DNA of 64,000 bases from an uncultured Poribacteria bacterium (GCA_958296135.2 CATQHZ020000001.1:4640001-4704000); one strand, 5' to 3'. Positions 28,641 through 38,703 are shown, counted from the first letter of the stretch. The notes: generated by a model not told the origin, from the sequence alone. Numbers and translations are program-made.

Positions 28641-31085
28641 CTACTCGCCTTTGCGAATGGTAAGGCGGTAATGCTGGCCAACCTTCTGGGTGTCGACAAT
28701 CTCGTGTCCATCGTTGGTGAGACTCTTCGGCACATTCTCAATCGGTTCGCCATCGTCAAGAGTCACCTCCAAGAGCTGCCCGAGCTGCAGCGTCTCCAAC
28801 CGAATCTTCGCTTGGACGTAGTTAAACGGGCAGGCGACTCCCTTCAGATCGAGGCTATCGACGATGTCCTCGACCGGCTTCGTCTTCTTGACAACCCTCG
28901 GCTTCCGCGCCGGGCGCGTTCTGCGCGGCTTGCGGCGGCGCTGCTCCTCTTCCTCCTGCTTGATGCGCATGCGCCCGTAAACGTTATGCGATTCTTCCAC
29001 AAAGAGCGTCGCTTCCTCCACGCGGCGGTGCACCAATTCGTGGGTGAAGGTAGAAGCATCCTCTGCTGTCGCTTTGAAGAGATGCGCGCCGTATCCAGCG
29101 AAGAAGTTGCCGGGCTCAAAGAAGCGAGCACGGAAATCGGCGACGGTGGCGGCATCGTCAATATACTGCAAACCTTCCGTCGTCAAGAGGCCGTCTGCTG
29201 CACGAATCATCGCGTCAAAAGCGAGTTCAGCGGAGTCCTGATAGCTCCCCTTTTCCAAATTCAAGCCGGATTCATAGATGAGCCGGTCTGCCTCTTCCAA
29301 CTTGAAGGAGACAAGTGCCACCAGCTGCCCCGCACACTCGCCGACACCCGTCTTGAGTTGGAACTCCTTCGTGTCACCGGTGTCCACGTAATACTCCGGT
29401 GCCTCTTCATAAGAGGGAATCTTATCATACTTGGACAGGATAGACTTAATCGCCGCCTTGCCCAGTCTACCGACGTAATCGGTGAAGGATTCCTCGTCGT
29501 GCCGTTCGGCAGTAAACTTCCCAGTCAGTTCTTCGATGAACGCCGGGATGTACTTGCCGTGGATTTTCCCGGTGGCGAGCCCGTAGGAACTAGCGTTTTC
29601 TATCATGTGCCCGCCGAGTATCACCTGATAATAGGGCGCAATATGCCCACCCATCCGACGCGAAGAACCGAAGAAGCCGATATTCGCGATGTGGTGCTGC
29701 CCACACGAGTTCGGGCACCCACTAATCTTAATCCGCAGCCCCTTGATTTCATCCGGCACACCGGTGTCAGTGAAGTAGTCGCGCAGGTACGCCGCTAATC
29801 CACGTGAAGAGGACACGCCGAGCTTGCAAGAATCGGTGCCAGGGCAGGCGGTAATGTCTACCGTCGATTCTGCGCCCGGGTCACCCAAGCCGTTTGCCTG
29901 CAGGTCGCGATAGAGCGCAGGCAGGTCTGTCATCGTCACCCAGCGGAGGACGATATTCTGCTCCACTGTGGCGCGGATGGTGTCCTTAACATATTTCCGC
30001 GAGATATCTGCCAAAGTGCGCGTCTGGTCTGCCGTAATGTCACCCAGTGGCAACGTAATCGTGACAAACGCGTAGCCGGGCTGCTTCTGCAACCTGACAT
30101 TAGACTGATACCACTCCTCAAACCCTTCTGGCTTAGAGGTCCCGTTGAGCTGCGTCGGTGCTTTGAGCGGGCTTTCGGTATAAGCGTCCAGATTGCCCAG
30201 ATACGCTGTCCAGGCCGGGTCATGCCGTAATTGCGCGCGTTCTTCTAGCACCTGCCGGCGGAATTCATCAATGCCGTATTTAGCGATGACGAACTTGAGG
30301 CGCGCCTTATTCCGATTCCGACGCTCGCCCAAGCGGGTGAAAACCTTGGAGATTGCCTGCGAGACCGGGAGGAGTTCCTCCGCGGGGACAAAATCGTCGA
30401 AGATTTTCGCCTGATGCGGCACGGCACCGAGCCCACCGCCGACATAGAGTTTAAAACCACGCTTGACTTCGCCATCAACTTCTTTGACAGCGGCGACAGC
30501 ACCGATGTCGTGCATGTTCGCCAAGCCGCAGGCGTGTTCTTCGCACCCCGAAAACGCAATCTTGAACTTCCGGCCGAAATCCTGCGCGTCCGGATGCCCC
30601 AAGAGAAAGGCGGATAAAGCCTGGGAATAAGGTGTCACGTCAAACGTCTCGTCTTGGCAGACACCGGTGATGGGACATGCGGTGACGTTCCGGACGACGT
30701 TGCCGCACGCCTCCTTCGTGGTAATACCAACGCTAGCGAGACGGCGCATCAACTCCGGCGTGTTGTTGATGTCGACATAGTGATACTGCACATCTTGGCG
30801 GGTGGTGATGTGAATGATATTGTCCGAGAACTCTTCCGCCACATCCGCCAGCATTTCGAGTTGCATCGCGGTGAGCCCGCCAAACGGGATTTTAACGCGA
30901 ATCATCTGTGAGCCGTCATCGCGCTGTCCGTAAACACCGTGCCGTAGCCGAAACTCGGTGAAGAGCGTCTCCTCCACTTGGCCGGCTTGCACACGACCCA
31001 GTTGGATCTCGTAAATTTCAATGGCGCGGGCATCATCGGGCGGAATAGCCGCCGCGTTAAATGGGCCCGCATGTTCGATAGCCAT
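28641..31085 (-). CDS. Siroheme nitrite/sulfite reductase fused to a helical (HEPN-like) domain and a TusA/SirA domain
   Basis: Motifs ITTRQD.Q, RKFKIA.SGC, ACPGT..C, ISGCPNSC; C-terminal LDLKGVACPFNY. Confidence 0.92.
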   Translation of the reverse strand: MAIEHAGPFNAAAIPPDDARAIEIYEIQLGRVQAGQVEETLFTEFRLRHGVYGQRDDGSQMIRVKIPFGGLTAMQLEMLADVAEEFSDNIIHITTRQDVQYHYVDINNTPELMRRLASVGITTKEACGNVVRNVTACPITGVCQDETFDVTPYSQALSAFLLGHPDAQDFGRKFKIAFSGCEEHACGLANMHDIGAVAAVKEVDGEVKRGFKLYVGGGLGAVPHQAKIFDDFVPAEELLPVSQAISKVFTRLGERRNRNKARLKFVIAKYGIDEFRRQVLEERAQLRHDPAWTAYLGNLDAYTESPLKAPTQLNGTSKPEGFEEWYQSNVRLQKQPGYAFVTITLPLGDITADQTRTLADISRKYVKDTIRATVEQNIVLRWVTMTDLPALYRDLQANGLGDPGAESTVDITACPGTDSCKLGVSSSRGLAAYLRDYFTDTGVPDEIKGLRIKISGCPNSCGQHHIANIGFFGSSRRMGGHIAPYYQVILGGHMIENASSYGLATGKIHGKYIPAFIEELTGKFTAERHDEESFTDYVGRLGKAAIKSILSKYDKIPSYEEAPEYYVDTGDTKEFQLKTGVGECAGQLVALVSFKLEEADRLIYESGLNLEKGSYQDSAELAFDAMIRAADGLLTTEGLQYIDDAATVADFRARFFEPGNFFAGYGAHLFKATAEDASTFTHELVHRRVEEATLFVEESHNVYGRMRIKQEEEEQRRRKPRRTRPARKPRVVKKTKPVEDIVDSLDLKGVACPFNYVQAKIRLETLQLGQLLEVTLDDGEPIENVPKSLTNDGHEIVDTQKVGQHYRLTIRKGE

Positions 31086-31180
31086 AAATGCTCCTTTTTT
31101 GTTGTTCCTCGCGGTGGTTCAGCAGTGTCTGTGAAGACAGTGTCCACTTACCAGGCCGTCTTGACGTTGTCAAGACTTGC
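31086..31180 (-). repeat. AAC-loop hairpin element (type-1 tail; best-conserved copy)
   Basis: GTCTTGAC-AAC-GTCAAGAC-GGCCTGGTAAG ... AACCACCGCGAGGAACAACAAAAAAGGAG..ATG. Confidence 0.85.
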
Positions 31181-31298
31181 AGACCTGTTGGGGCTTGCCT
31201 GAGCCGGACGGTTCAAGATCAGGCGAGTGCTACCTACAATAGCAAAGGAAATGAACCTAACTGAGTATTATCCGGTCCGCGTCTATCTTAAGATATAT

Positions 31299-31327
31299 AG
31301 TATACCCCCAGTTCGTTTTAAAATCAA
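31299..31327 (-). promoter_or_regulatory. sigma70 promoter upstream of the reductase leader
   Basis: TTGATT-N17-TATACT. Confidence 0.6.
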
Positions 31328-31382
31328 GGGCAAATTTTATGAACCCTCCGAGATTAGCGACCTCGGGGTTACCCCTCGGCAG

Positions 31383-32480
31383 TTAGTGACTGCCGGGTGC
31401 ATCGCCCCAATCAGGAATGGAGAGCAATTCTCCATCACGAAGTGCCGATTGATGCGCGACGAGCCCCGGCGCGCAATACCGAACCGCCTCCCAGACGTTA
31501 ACGCGCGGCAATCGCTGTTGGTTGACAGCATCCACAAATTCATGCACCAGATAAGCGTGCGAACCGCCATGTCCACCCAGGTCTGCCGCCAGTGTCTCCG
31601 GCAAATCGCTATGCAGTTTCGGCAGGGTGACCGGCTGTTGCCCGTGCTTATCTGCCCACACACGTCCTGCCAAGTTTTGCTCAAAACTAGCTCCCGTGCC
31701 ATAGATGCCGCTGACGCGCTCGCTGCCGGGGTGCCCAATCCGCCGGAATTCACAGATTTGCATCGTCGCGCCGTTGCTCATCGTAAAAAGCCCAACTTCA
31801 TTAGAGAAAGGGTTCTCGTGGACGGTGTCGCGCCGGAACCAATCGTCGTTGGGGTAGATATATCCCTGCGCAGATACGGTAGTGGCGTGAGCCTTCATCA
31901 CAGAAATCGGAAAGCAGGTGGAATGCGTCGGATAATGCATCGGGATACCACCGCTTTTGTCTCTGCCCCACTGCGCGCCCCACCGATTTCTCGCCACATC
32001 GTAGAGGCCGTGACTCATGTCGTGGAAGTATTCGGCGCGGCAGTGGACAAACTCACCGAACGCGCCTTCAGCCGCTTTCCGCCGACAAAAAACTGCCTCC
32101 GGCCGGAAATAACTCGTCTCGCCGTTCATATAAATCATCCCGGTGCGTTCAACGGTGCGGACTAGCCGTTCACATTCGTCCAGGGAAACAGCGGCTGGGA
32201 CAGCCGTATAGACGTGTTTCCCGGCTTCCATTGCTTGAATCGCCTGTGGCGCGTGCATCCAGTGCTGCGTGATAATCACGAGCGCATCTAAATCCGAGCC
32301 GCAAATCTCATCGAGACTCCGATACGTCTCGGAGATTTGGAACTGGTTTGCCCATTTCGACAGCCGGTCTGCGCGTAAATCGCACAAGGCGAGGCGATGC
32401 ACGTCCGGATGCGCTTTAAACGAACCGATAAACGCCGGGCCGAACATCCCTAGGCCTACCATGCCGATGCTGATACTCAT
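31383..32480 (-). CDS. Gfo/Idh/MocA oxidoreductase
   Basis: Motifs GMVGLG.FG, AGKHVY.AVP, GGHGGSH. Confidence 0.9.
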   Translation of the reverse strand: MSISIGMVGLGMFGPAFIGSFKAHPDVHRLALCDLRADRLSKWANQFQISETYRSLDEICGSDLDALVIITQHWMHAPQAIQAMEAGKHVYTAVPAAVSLDECERLVRTVERTGMIYMNGETSYFRPEAVFCRRKAAEGAFGEFVHCRAEYFHDMSHGLYDVARNRWGAQWGRDKSGGIPMHYPTHSTCFPISVMKAHATTVSAQGYIYPNDDWFRRDTVHENPFSNEVGLFTMSNGATMQICEFRRIGHPGSERVSGIYGTGASFEQNLAGRVWADKHGQQPVTLPKLHSDLPETLAADLGGHGGSHAYLVHEFVDAVNQQRLPRVNVWEAVRYCAPGLVAHQSALRDGELLSIPDWGDAPGSH

Positions 32481-32677
32481 TCGTTCTCCTTAAACGGATC
32501 TTCTCTCGTCAGTTCCCCGTTGGGCAGTTCGTAGTAGATGTACCCATTAAAAGAATAGACGTTGGGAATGCCCTTCTTGCGGTTCTCTGCCTGAGCTCTT
32601 TTGACCGCCCGATTGCCGATTCGCAAGAACTCACGCGCCTGTTTGTAGGTTTCCAGGCTTAATTCGTCTTGACACAT
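32477..32677 (-). CDS. Small protein of the type found beside zeta-like P-loop ATPases
   Basis: SD GGAGG; motif AV..A..ENRKKGIP.VY. Coupled to both neighbours. Confidence 0.75.
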   Translation of the reverse strand: MCQDELSLETYKQAREFLRIGNRAVKRAQAENRKKGIPNVYSFNGYIYYELPNGELTREDPFKENE

Positions 32678-32679
32678 TG

Positions 32680-32858
32680 TTATCCTCCGTTGCGAACATC
32701 GTGCATAAACAATTCAAAGAAATCTCCGTTGGTGACTGTCAATTGATTCCGTTCACCAGAGGCGACTTCCTGAAAATGTTCCCCAGAGTTGTAGAACAAA
32801 TTCCACCTATCTACCAGGTTCCTGTTGGACCGGCGATGATTATCACATTTTTCAACAC
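32680..32858 (-). pseudogene. Internally deleted zeta-toxin-like/COG4185 P-loop ATPase
   Basis: MLKNVIIIAGPTG (Walker A start) spliced out of frame to ..VDRWNLFYNSGE..VASG.. C-terminus. Confidence 0.7.
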
Positions 32859-32939
32859 GGGTTTGCCTTCCTATCTTCCGATTTCCTCGTCCAGGGTCTC
32901 GGCGCGCAAAAAATTAAAATTGACGCTGGACACACTGAC

Positions 32940-32968
32940 ATTATACCACATTCACTTTATTGTGTCAA
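32940..32968 (-). promoter_or_regulatory. Consensus sigma70 promoter
   Basis: TTGACA-N17-TATAAT with extended TG. Confidence 0.8.
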
Positions 32969-33027
32969 ATTAATTTTTAGGTTGGTTCAGAACGATTCAG
33001 TTCACTACATGTGCCACATTAAATTTC

Positions 33028-33056
33028 TTGACAAAATCGCGAACAACCCCTATAAT
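33028..33056 (+). promoter_or_regulatory. Consensus sigma70 promoter
   Basis: TTGACA-N17-TATAAT. Confidence 0.8.
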
Positions 33057-33094
33057 TGGAAACAGATTCTTGACTTATCAGAAGGAATGAGAAT

Positions 33095-34174
33095 ATGGCA
33101 TTAAAAGTCGGCGTTGTGGGCATGAGCGGCATCGGCAACAATCATGCAAACTGCCACGCCCAAGATGAATTAGCCGAACTCGTCGCGGTGTGCGATATTG
33201 TGAAGGAACGCGCAGACACCGCCGCCGAACGCCTCGGCGTTAAGGCATACTACCGCCTAGCCGATATGATTGATGGCGAACCAGACCTGGACATCGTCGA
33301 TGTCGGCACCGGCGGAAACGAAAACGGCAGCTGGCACTATGAACCGACGATGGAAGCACTGGAGAACGGGAAGCACGTGCTGGTAGAAAAACCTATCTCC
33401 AATGATATCGGGCAAGCGCGCGATATGGTGGCGAAAGCCACCGAGAAAGAACTCTACCTCGGATGCAACCTCAACCACTACTTCACGCCGCCCGCCGAGC
33501 AGGCGAAGAAATACATCGACAACGGCCAAATCGGCGAGCAGGTTTACTGCTTGCACAAGATGGGGTTTGCCGGCGGCGAATTCAACTACCAACCGTCAAA
33601 GGCACCGCGTTCTGACGGATTTCCGTATTTCCACGTGAAGGCATTTTTGTCACACCCGCTCAGCGTGATGCGCCATTTCTGCGGCGATGTAACACACGTG
33701 CAAGCCTTCATGGAACGGCCGCACTTCCGCAGACGCGAGAATGATCTGATGCTCTCCATTAACAGCATCCACCTCCGTTTTCAGAACGGATGCATCGGCT
33801 ACCTGCTGAGCCAGCGCGGGGACGCAACGTTCGGGCTCGGCGGCTGGTGGAGCGTCGAAGTGGCCGGCACGCGCGGCACGTTCTGTATTGAGAACTGCAT
33901 CGAGAAGATCACGTTTTGGCCCTCCCCCGGTGCACCAGAGAGTTCCAGCGAACCGATTGTCACCGAATCCGGCATCAGCGATTTCGGACAGACATTTCCG
34001 CTACGCATCCATGCATTTTTAGAGGATGTCACGAACGAGGTACCGAAGGAGAAGTTGCGCGCCTCCGGCAGAGATGCACTCGCCGCGCTGGAATATACGT
34101 GGGCGGCCATCGAGTCTTATGAACAGGGCGGCATTCTGGTGCGCCCGCATCCGCTGCCTACATTGCATGGGTAA
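33095..34174 (+). CDS. Gfo/Idh/MocA oxidoreductase
   Basis: Motifs VGVVG..GIG and GKHVLVEKP. Confidence 0.9.
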   Translation: MALKVGVVGMSGIGNNHANCHAQDELAELVAVCDIVKERADTAAERLGVKAYYRLADMIDGEPDLDIVDVGTGGNENGSWHYEPTMEALENGKHVLVEKPISNDIGQARDMVAKATEKELYLGCNLNHYFTPPAEQAKKYIDNGQIGEQVYCLHKMGFAGGEFNYQPSKAPRSDGFPYFHVKAFLSHPLSVMRHFCGDVTHVQAFMERPHFRRRENDLMLSINSIHLRFQNGCIGYLLSQRGDATFGLGGWWSVEVAGTRGTFCIENCIEKITFWPSPGAPESSSEPIVTESGISDFGQTFPLRIHAFLEDVTNEVPKEKLRASGRDALAALEYTWAAIESYEQGGILVRPHPLPTLHG

Positions 34175-34183
34175 TAATCTAGA

Positions 34184-34386
34184 ACTTATACCCAATTCAC
34201 ACCTGTAGTTCTGGCTCGCCCTGCTTCGCAGGAAACCCGAACAGTGGACATTGCTACAGGAAGATGGACGATTAGGAAAACCTGGCTTTACCTACAGAAA
34301 TGACAAAGTTCTGGCGTGATGGGCAAGAGCCGGCGAATCTCCACCTACAGCGGAAACCAGACGAATCAACGTCATTGGGTATAAGT
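34184..34386. mobile_element. MITE-like element with 13-bp TIR
   Basis: ACTTATACCCAAT (34184-96) and ATTGGGTATAAGT (34374-86). Confidence 0.7.
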
Positions 34387-34437
34387 CCTATTGATTCTAC
34401 AGAACAAGGCGATCTGGTATCTGAAAGGAGAATTTGA

Positions 34438-35235
34438 TTGAAACTTGGAGCAAATTCGGTGCTGTTCGGCGGTTATGATATGGAGACCGCGTTCAAGCAC
34501 ATCGCTATGGCTGGCTACGATGGCATTGAACTCTCGGCGATTGACGGGATGAGCCAGCACCTCGTCCTCGCAAACTGGCAGGAACTCGCAAGCAACATTA
34601 AACGCCTCGCCAAGAAATACGAACTAGAGTTGTTGGCGATGGAGCAACCCTCCCGCGCCCCGGAGAAAATGGAACTCGCGTTCCAAGCGGCGATTGAGAT
34701 CGGCATTCCGATTATTAACTGCGGCCCCGGCGGCGCGTCAGACGATGAGAACGCGTGGGGAGAGGTCATCGATTCGTTGGGCAGTCTCTCAGCGCGGGCG
34801 GAACACTACGGCGTAACGCTGTGCGTCAAGGCGCATGTCGGCGCGAGCATCTATAATACGCCGACAACGCTACGCGCAATGGAGGCGATTTCATCGCCAG
34901 CGTTCGGGATTGACATGGATCCGTCGCATATCCATCGCGCCGATGAAAACCCGGTGGCGGCCATCGCCGCGGTTATCTCGCGCGTGAAACATGTGCATAT
35001 CCGCGATTGCAAGGGCAAACAGCGCGGCCCCGGTGATGCCGAACTTCAAGCAAATGGGCGCGGTGACATCGATCTGGTGGGGTATATCCGCGTGTTGCAT
35101 GAGAACCGGTATACGGGCCCGTTGAACCTAGAGGTTATCGGTGCGCGGGAATATAGCCTTGCGCAGTGTTGCACGATTGCCGCCGAATCGCGCGGGCACA
35201 TGCAGGCGTGTTTGCAGGCGTGTGGTGCCCGTTAA
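34438..35235 (+). CDS. Sugar phosphate isomerase/epimerase (AP-endonuclease-2 TIM barrel)
   Basis: Motifs GYDGIEL, D.SH, HVHIRD, G.GDID, Y.G...LE. SD AAGGAG with TTG start. Confidence 0.88.
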   Translation: MKLGANSVLFGGYDMETAFKHIAMAGYDGIELSAIDGMSQHLVLANWQELASNIKRLAKKYELELLAMEQPSRAPEKMELAFQAAIEIGIPIINCGPGGASDDENAWGEVIDSLGSLSARAEHYGVTLCVKAHVGASIYNTPTTLRAMEAISSPAFGIDMDPSHIHRADENPVAAIAAVISRVKHVHIRDCKGKQRGPGDAELQANGRGDIDLVGYIRVLHENRYTGPLNLEVIGAREYSLAQCCTIAAESRGHMQACLQACGAR

Positions 35236-35338
35236 CAGAAACGGACAAAGATTGTAAGGGCGGATGTCTCTATCCGCCCTAATGGAAATCCGCCTTACAG
35301 TCTACGGTTCAGCGGGTGTCGCACTCAGGAAAGCACGC

Positions 35339-36133
35339 CTACCGGAGAAGGATTTCTGATAACGGGATGCCACTGTTAAACATCTGCACCGGCGGGAGTG
35401 GTTCTTCCACTTCCGCTAATCCGCACAGCCACCGCCAGGTGAGTTCACCTCTGCGCCGGTCGCGGTAAGATTCTACTTCCGTTACATACGCATGCCGCCC
35501 GGCGTGCTGATAAGGCGGCATTTCATCGGAATCGCGCGCCCAATCCCGCTGGGGCATCGCCGTGCGGAAATAGGAAAACTTAATCATCCCGCGTCTGTCG
35601 GCGTTGAGCTTCGGGCCAGCCTTATGCCAGATGCCGTAGCGCGTCATCGCAACGGTGCCTGCAGGCACGGTGAGGGAGAGTTGGCCCAGAATATCGCCGT
35701 AATGCGCGATTGCCTCCCGGTCAACGAGCCGGTGGTGTGAACCGGGCAGAATCATCGTCGGGCCGTCCTCAATTTTCACCGCTTTCGGGTAGTAATAGCA
35801 TTGAAGGTGCGTGATGCCGTAGCCGCGTTCGGTGAGCCCATCGGAGTGCCACGTTTGGCCGAGGTGCGCCGCTTCAAAGAGGTGATGGTGCGCGCTCGTC
35901 GGGACAAGGAAATCCTCGCCTAAGAGCGAACGCGCGACACCTGCAACCCCCGGGTGTAGCAACACGTTGCGGCGGAATTCATCGGTGCAAACAAAATCGC
36001 TCAGATGTCCGCCCGGCACCGATTGGCAGTCACAGTTGAAATCTGCATCGACGATGCGCTCTAGCATGATATATCCGTTGTGGATAAACTGCATGACTTG
36101 CGTGTCATTCAGCGTTGGTTCAATGTGAATCAT
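35339..36133 (-). CDS. Phytanoyl-CoA dioxygenase (PhyH) family
   Basis: Motifs WHSD, GPT..LPGSH, WH facial triad, RR. Confidence 0.88.
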   Translation of the reverse strand: MIHIEPTLNDTQVMQFIHNGYIMLERIVDADFNCDCQSVPGGHLSDFVCTDEFRRNVLLHPGVAGVARSLLGEDFLVPTSAHHHLFEAAHLGQTWHSDGLTERGYGITHLQCYYYPKAVKIEDGPTMILPGSHHRLVDREAIAHYGDILGQLSLTVPAGTVAMTRYGIWHKAGPKLNADRRGMIKFSYFRTAMPQRDWARDSDEMPPYQHAGRHAYVTEVESYRDRRRGELTWRWLCGLAEVEEPLPPVQMFNSGIPLSEILLR

Positions 36134-36142
36134 GTCGGTCCC

Positions 36143-36502
36143 TCAAACAAATTTCTCTAAAATAAATTCAAAACCGAGGTAGGCGTTGTCCACATCCGAA
36201 AAATTGTGGAGTTCGGGGCGCGGGAATTGCACAATCCGCCAGCCATCGCGAACCGCTTCCAACACGGAGGTGTATGGCGCGTCTTGCGAGGGGAGCCTCG
36301 GTTCTTCCGGCGCGGTCGCGTCGTACAACGCCCATCCGCCGATGGCTGAACGCAAGTTCGTCGATTTGGAATAGAGATAGAGGATGAACTGTTTCTCTCC
36401 GGCCGGCACTGTGGGCATGCCGCCCAGGTCTGCCGCTGTCAACTCGCCCGCGTTCAGTTTTTCGATGCAGTCGTCAAGCCACTGTTTTATCGCTGGTTTC
36501 AC
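36143..36502 (-). CDS. Hypothetical protein
   Basis: GTG start with AGGGAG SD; motif Y.SVLEA..DGWRIVQFP. Confidence 0.7.
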   Translation of the reverse strand: MKPAIKQWLDDCIEKLNAGELTAADLGGMPTVPAGEKQFILYLYSKSTNLRSAIGGWALYDATAPEEPRLPSQDAPYTSVLEAVRDGWRIVQFPRPELHNFSDVDNAYLGFEFILEKFV

Positions 36503-36602
36503 GTAAAGGTTCTCCCTTGTTGATGAGTGCCTGCATGCTAGCATAAAAATGGAAAATATGGTATCATAAAAGGGTGTCCAGTTATCTCGTGCAAGGAGAA
36601 TT

Positions 36603-36833
36603 ATGGATAGGAAACCGCGCAAAAAGCGGAAGAAGGCCCCCAGTAGACGCACACAGCGCGAAAGCATGCGCCCCAAATGTCACAACACACAAGGACTGAA
36701 AAAGTCCGGAAAAGGCAGATATGAGGCATCCATTGCCGATTTCAACAGGGCCATCCAACTCAAACAGGATTACGCCGAGGCATACTACAACCGGGGGAGC
36801 TCACTCGCACAAGATGAGTGCGTCCATACCTAA
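36603..36833 (+). pseudogene. Truncated TPR protein
   Basis: SD AAGGAG; IADFNRAIQL..DYAEAYYNRG then an abrupt end. Confidence 0.6.
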
Positions 36834-36934
36834 GGTTCCTCCGCACCGCCAGAAGCGGCGGACGCACTAGCCAAGATTGTGCGGCCAGAAAGGAACCCTG
36901 GGATTCTCTTGCTTCTTCGTTGAAATACCAAGAC

Positions 36935-37023
36935 TATAAGCATTGACAACGTCAATGCACCCCAACAAGACAACCCCTGATGAACAAACGCAGCCAAACA
37001 ACGCATTGCGAAAAACAAAAAAA
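36935..37023 (+). repeat. AAC-loop element (type-2 tail) overlapping a CDS start
   Basis: GCATTGAC-AAC-GTCAATGC ... AAACAACGCATTGCGAAAAACAAAAAA. Confidence 0.8.
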
Positions 37024-38635
37024 TCGGTTCTTGTCTGTAACTCTATTTGCAATTTTAAGTTTCGCGAACACCTTGCACTCGGTAGACATCCAATTTGTGG
37101 ACGTTACCGAACAAGCCGGCATCCACTTTAAACACGCAGGCGGCATCGATTTACGCGTCGTTCCCGCGCTCGTCGGTTCCGGCGCAGCGTGGCGAGACAT
37201 TGACAACGATGGCGACTTGGAGCTCTACATCGTCAATAGTGCCACAGTGAGGCCGGAACCGGGGACGATACTGCCGCAAAACGCGCTCTATCGCAATAAC
37301 GGCGATGGCACGTTCACCGATATCACCGAAATTGCCGGCGTTGGCGATACCGGGTGGGGCATGGGCTGCGCCTTCGCCGATTACGATAACGATGGCGACG
37401 CAGAGCTCTACGTTACCAACTACAAGGCGAATGTCTTTTATCGGAACGACGGTGAGGGACGGTTCAAGAAGTTTTCAGCGGGTGCAGGCGGCATCGGGCA
37501 CGCAGGCTTCGGTTCTGGTATCGCCTGGGGCGATTACGATGCCGACGGCTTTCTCGATCTCTACGTTGGCAACTATATCGAGTATACCAAAGTCCCGCAA
37601 GGGGAAGAGGTGTTTTTTCCTTACGACTTTTTCGGGCAAGCGAACGTGCTTTATCTCAACAAAGGCGATGGCGGATTTATCAATGTCACCGAGGCAGCCA
37701 AGGTTACCGGCGGGTTTCATCTGACGCTCGGAGTCGCCGCTGCAGACTACGATGCCGATGGCGATTTGGACATTTACCTCGCGAACGACACAGATCAGAA
37801 TATCCTCTATCGGAATGATGGCGAGGTGACGTTCACGAATACCAATCAACCGGATGCCAGAAGCCGGACAGGCGACATCCGCAGCGGGATGGGGATTGCC
37901 TGGGGCGATTACGATAACGATGCAGACTTGGATCTCTTCGTTACGAATTGGCTTGACGAAAATAACGTTCTGTATGAAAATAACGGCGATGGCACGTTCA
38001 CCGATGTTTCCGCGCGGAGCGGCATCTTTGCGTCTGGGCTCGGCAAAACGTGTTGGGGCACCGCGCTGTTTGATGCCGATAACGATGGGGACTTGGACCT
38101 CTTTTTCGCGTGCGGGCACATCGATCCTGCCTCGTGGGAAGCACACGGACAGCACGATGTCATGCTCCGTAACAACGGCGATGGCACTTTCACCGATATA
38201 TCCAAAGCCGCGGGGCTGCACCAATTTGATTCCCCTGGCGTTGGGCGCGGTGTCGCCGTCGGGGACTACGATGCCGATGGCGATTTGGACCTGGTTATTG
38301 TCAACAGCGGCGGCAAACCGATGCTGCTCCGCAACGAGGGTGCCCGCGCTGTCGAAAAACGGCAGAATTGGCTGCATCTCCGCACTATCGGCACGGTAAG
38401 CAACCGCGATGGCATTGGCGCGCTCGTGACGGTGCAATCGGGAAACCTCCGCCAAATATCGCAGGTTGCTGCGGGCGACAGTTATCTCTCGCAGAGTAGC
38501 CCGGCGTTGGAATTCGGACTTGGGCACCGCGAAAAGGTTGACAGTGTTGTTATCCAATGGCCGAGTGGGATTGTGCAAACGGTGAGAGATGTGCGCGCAA
38601 ATCAGCGGCTCACTATAGTTGAAAAGGCGGAGTAG
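36980..38635 (+). CDS. CRTAC1/ASPIC-UnbV family FG-GAP repeat protein
   Basis: DYD.DGD.DL repeats and an ASPIC/UnbV C-terminus. Confidence 0.93.
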   Translation: MNKRSQTTHCEKQKNRFLSVTLFAILSFANTLHSVDIQFVDVTEQAGIHFKHAGGIDLRVVPALVGSGAAWRDIDNDGDLELYIVNSATVRPEPGTILPQNALYRNNGDGTFTDITEIAGVGDTGWGMGCAFADYDNDGDAELYVTNYKANVFYRNDGEGRFKKFSAGAGGIGHAGFGSGIAWGDYDADGFLDLYVGNYIEYTKVPQGEEVFFPYDFFGQANVLYLNKGDGGFINVTEAAKVTGGFHLTLGVAAADYDADGDLDIYLANDTDQNILYRNDGEVTFTNTNQPDARSRTGDIRSGMGIAWGDYDNDADLDLFVTNWLDENNVLYENNGDGTFTDVSARSGIFASGLGKTCWGTALFDADNDGDLDLFFACGHIDPASWEAHGQHDVMLRNNGDGTFTDISKAAGLHQFDSPGVGRGVAVGDYDADGDLDLVIVNSGGKPMLLRNEGARAVEKRQNWLHLRTIGTVSNRDGIGALVTVQSGNLRQISQVAAGDSYLSQSSPALEFGLGHREKVDSVVIQWPSGIVQTVRDVRANQRLTIVEKAE

Positions 38636-38703
38636 TGCCGCCAAAAAAAGAGTTGAAATGAGAAACGGAATATGCTACGCTTAATCAAAAAAGGAGGATA
38701 CGC

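Noticed and set aside
28620-29798. 392-aa plus-strand ORF, and similar long ORFs at 31227+, 37475-, 23756-, 57175+ and 61731-
   Set aside because: Shadow frames overlapping well-supported genes in GC-rich DNA, with no recognisable motifs.
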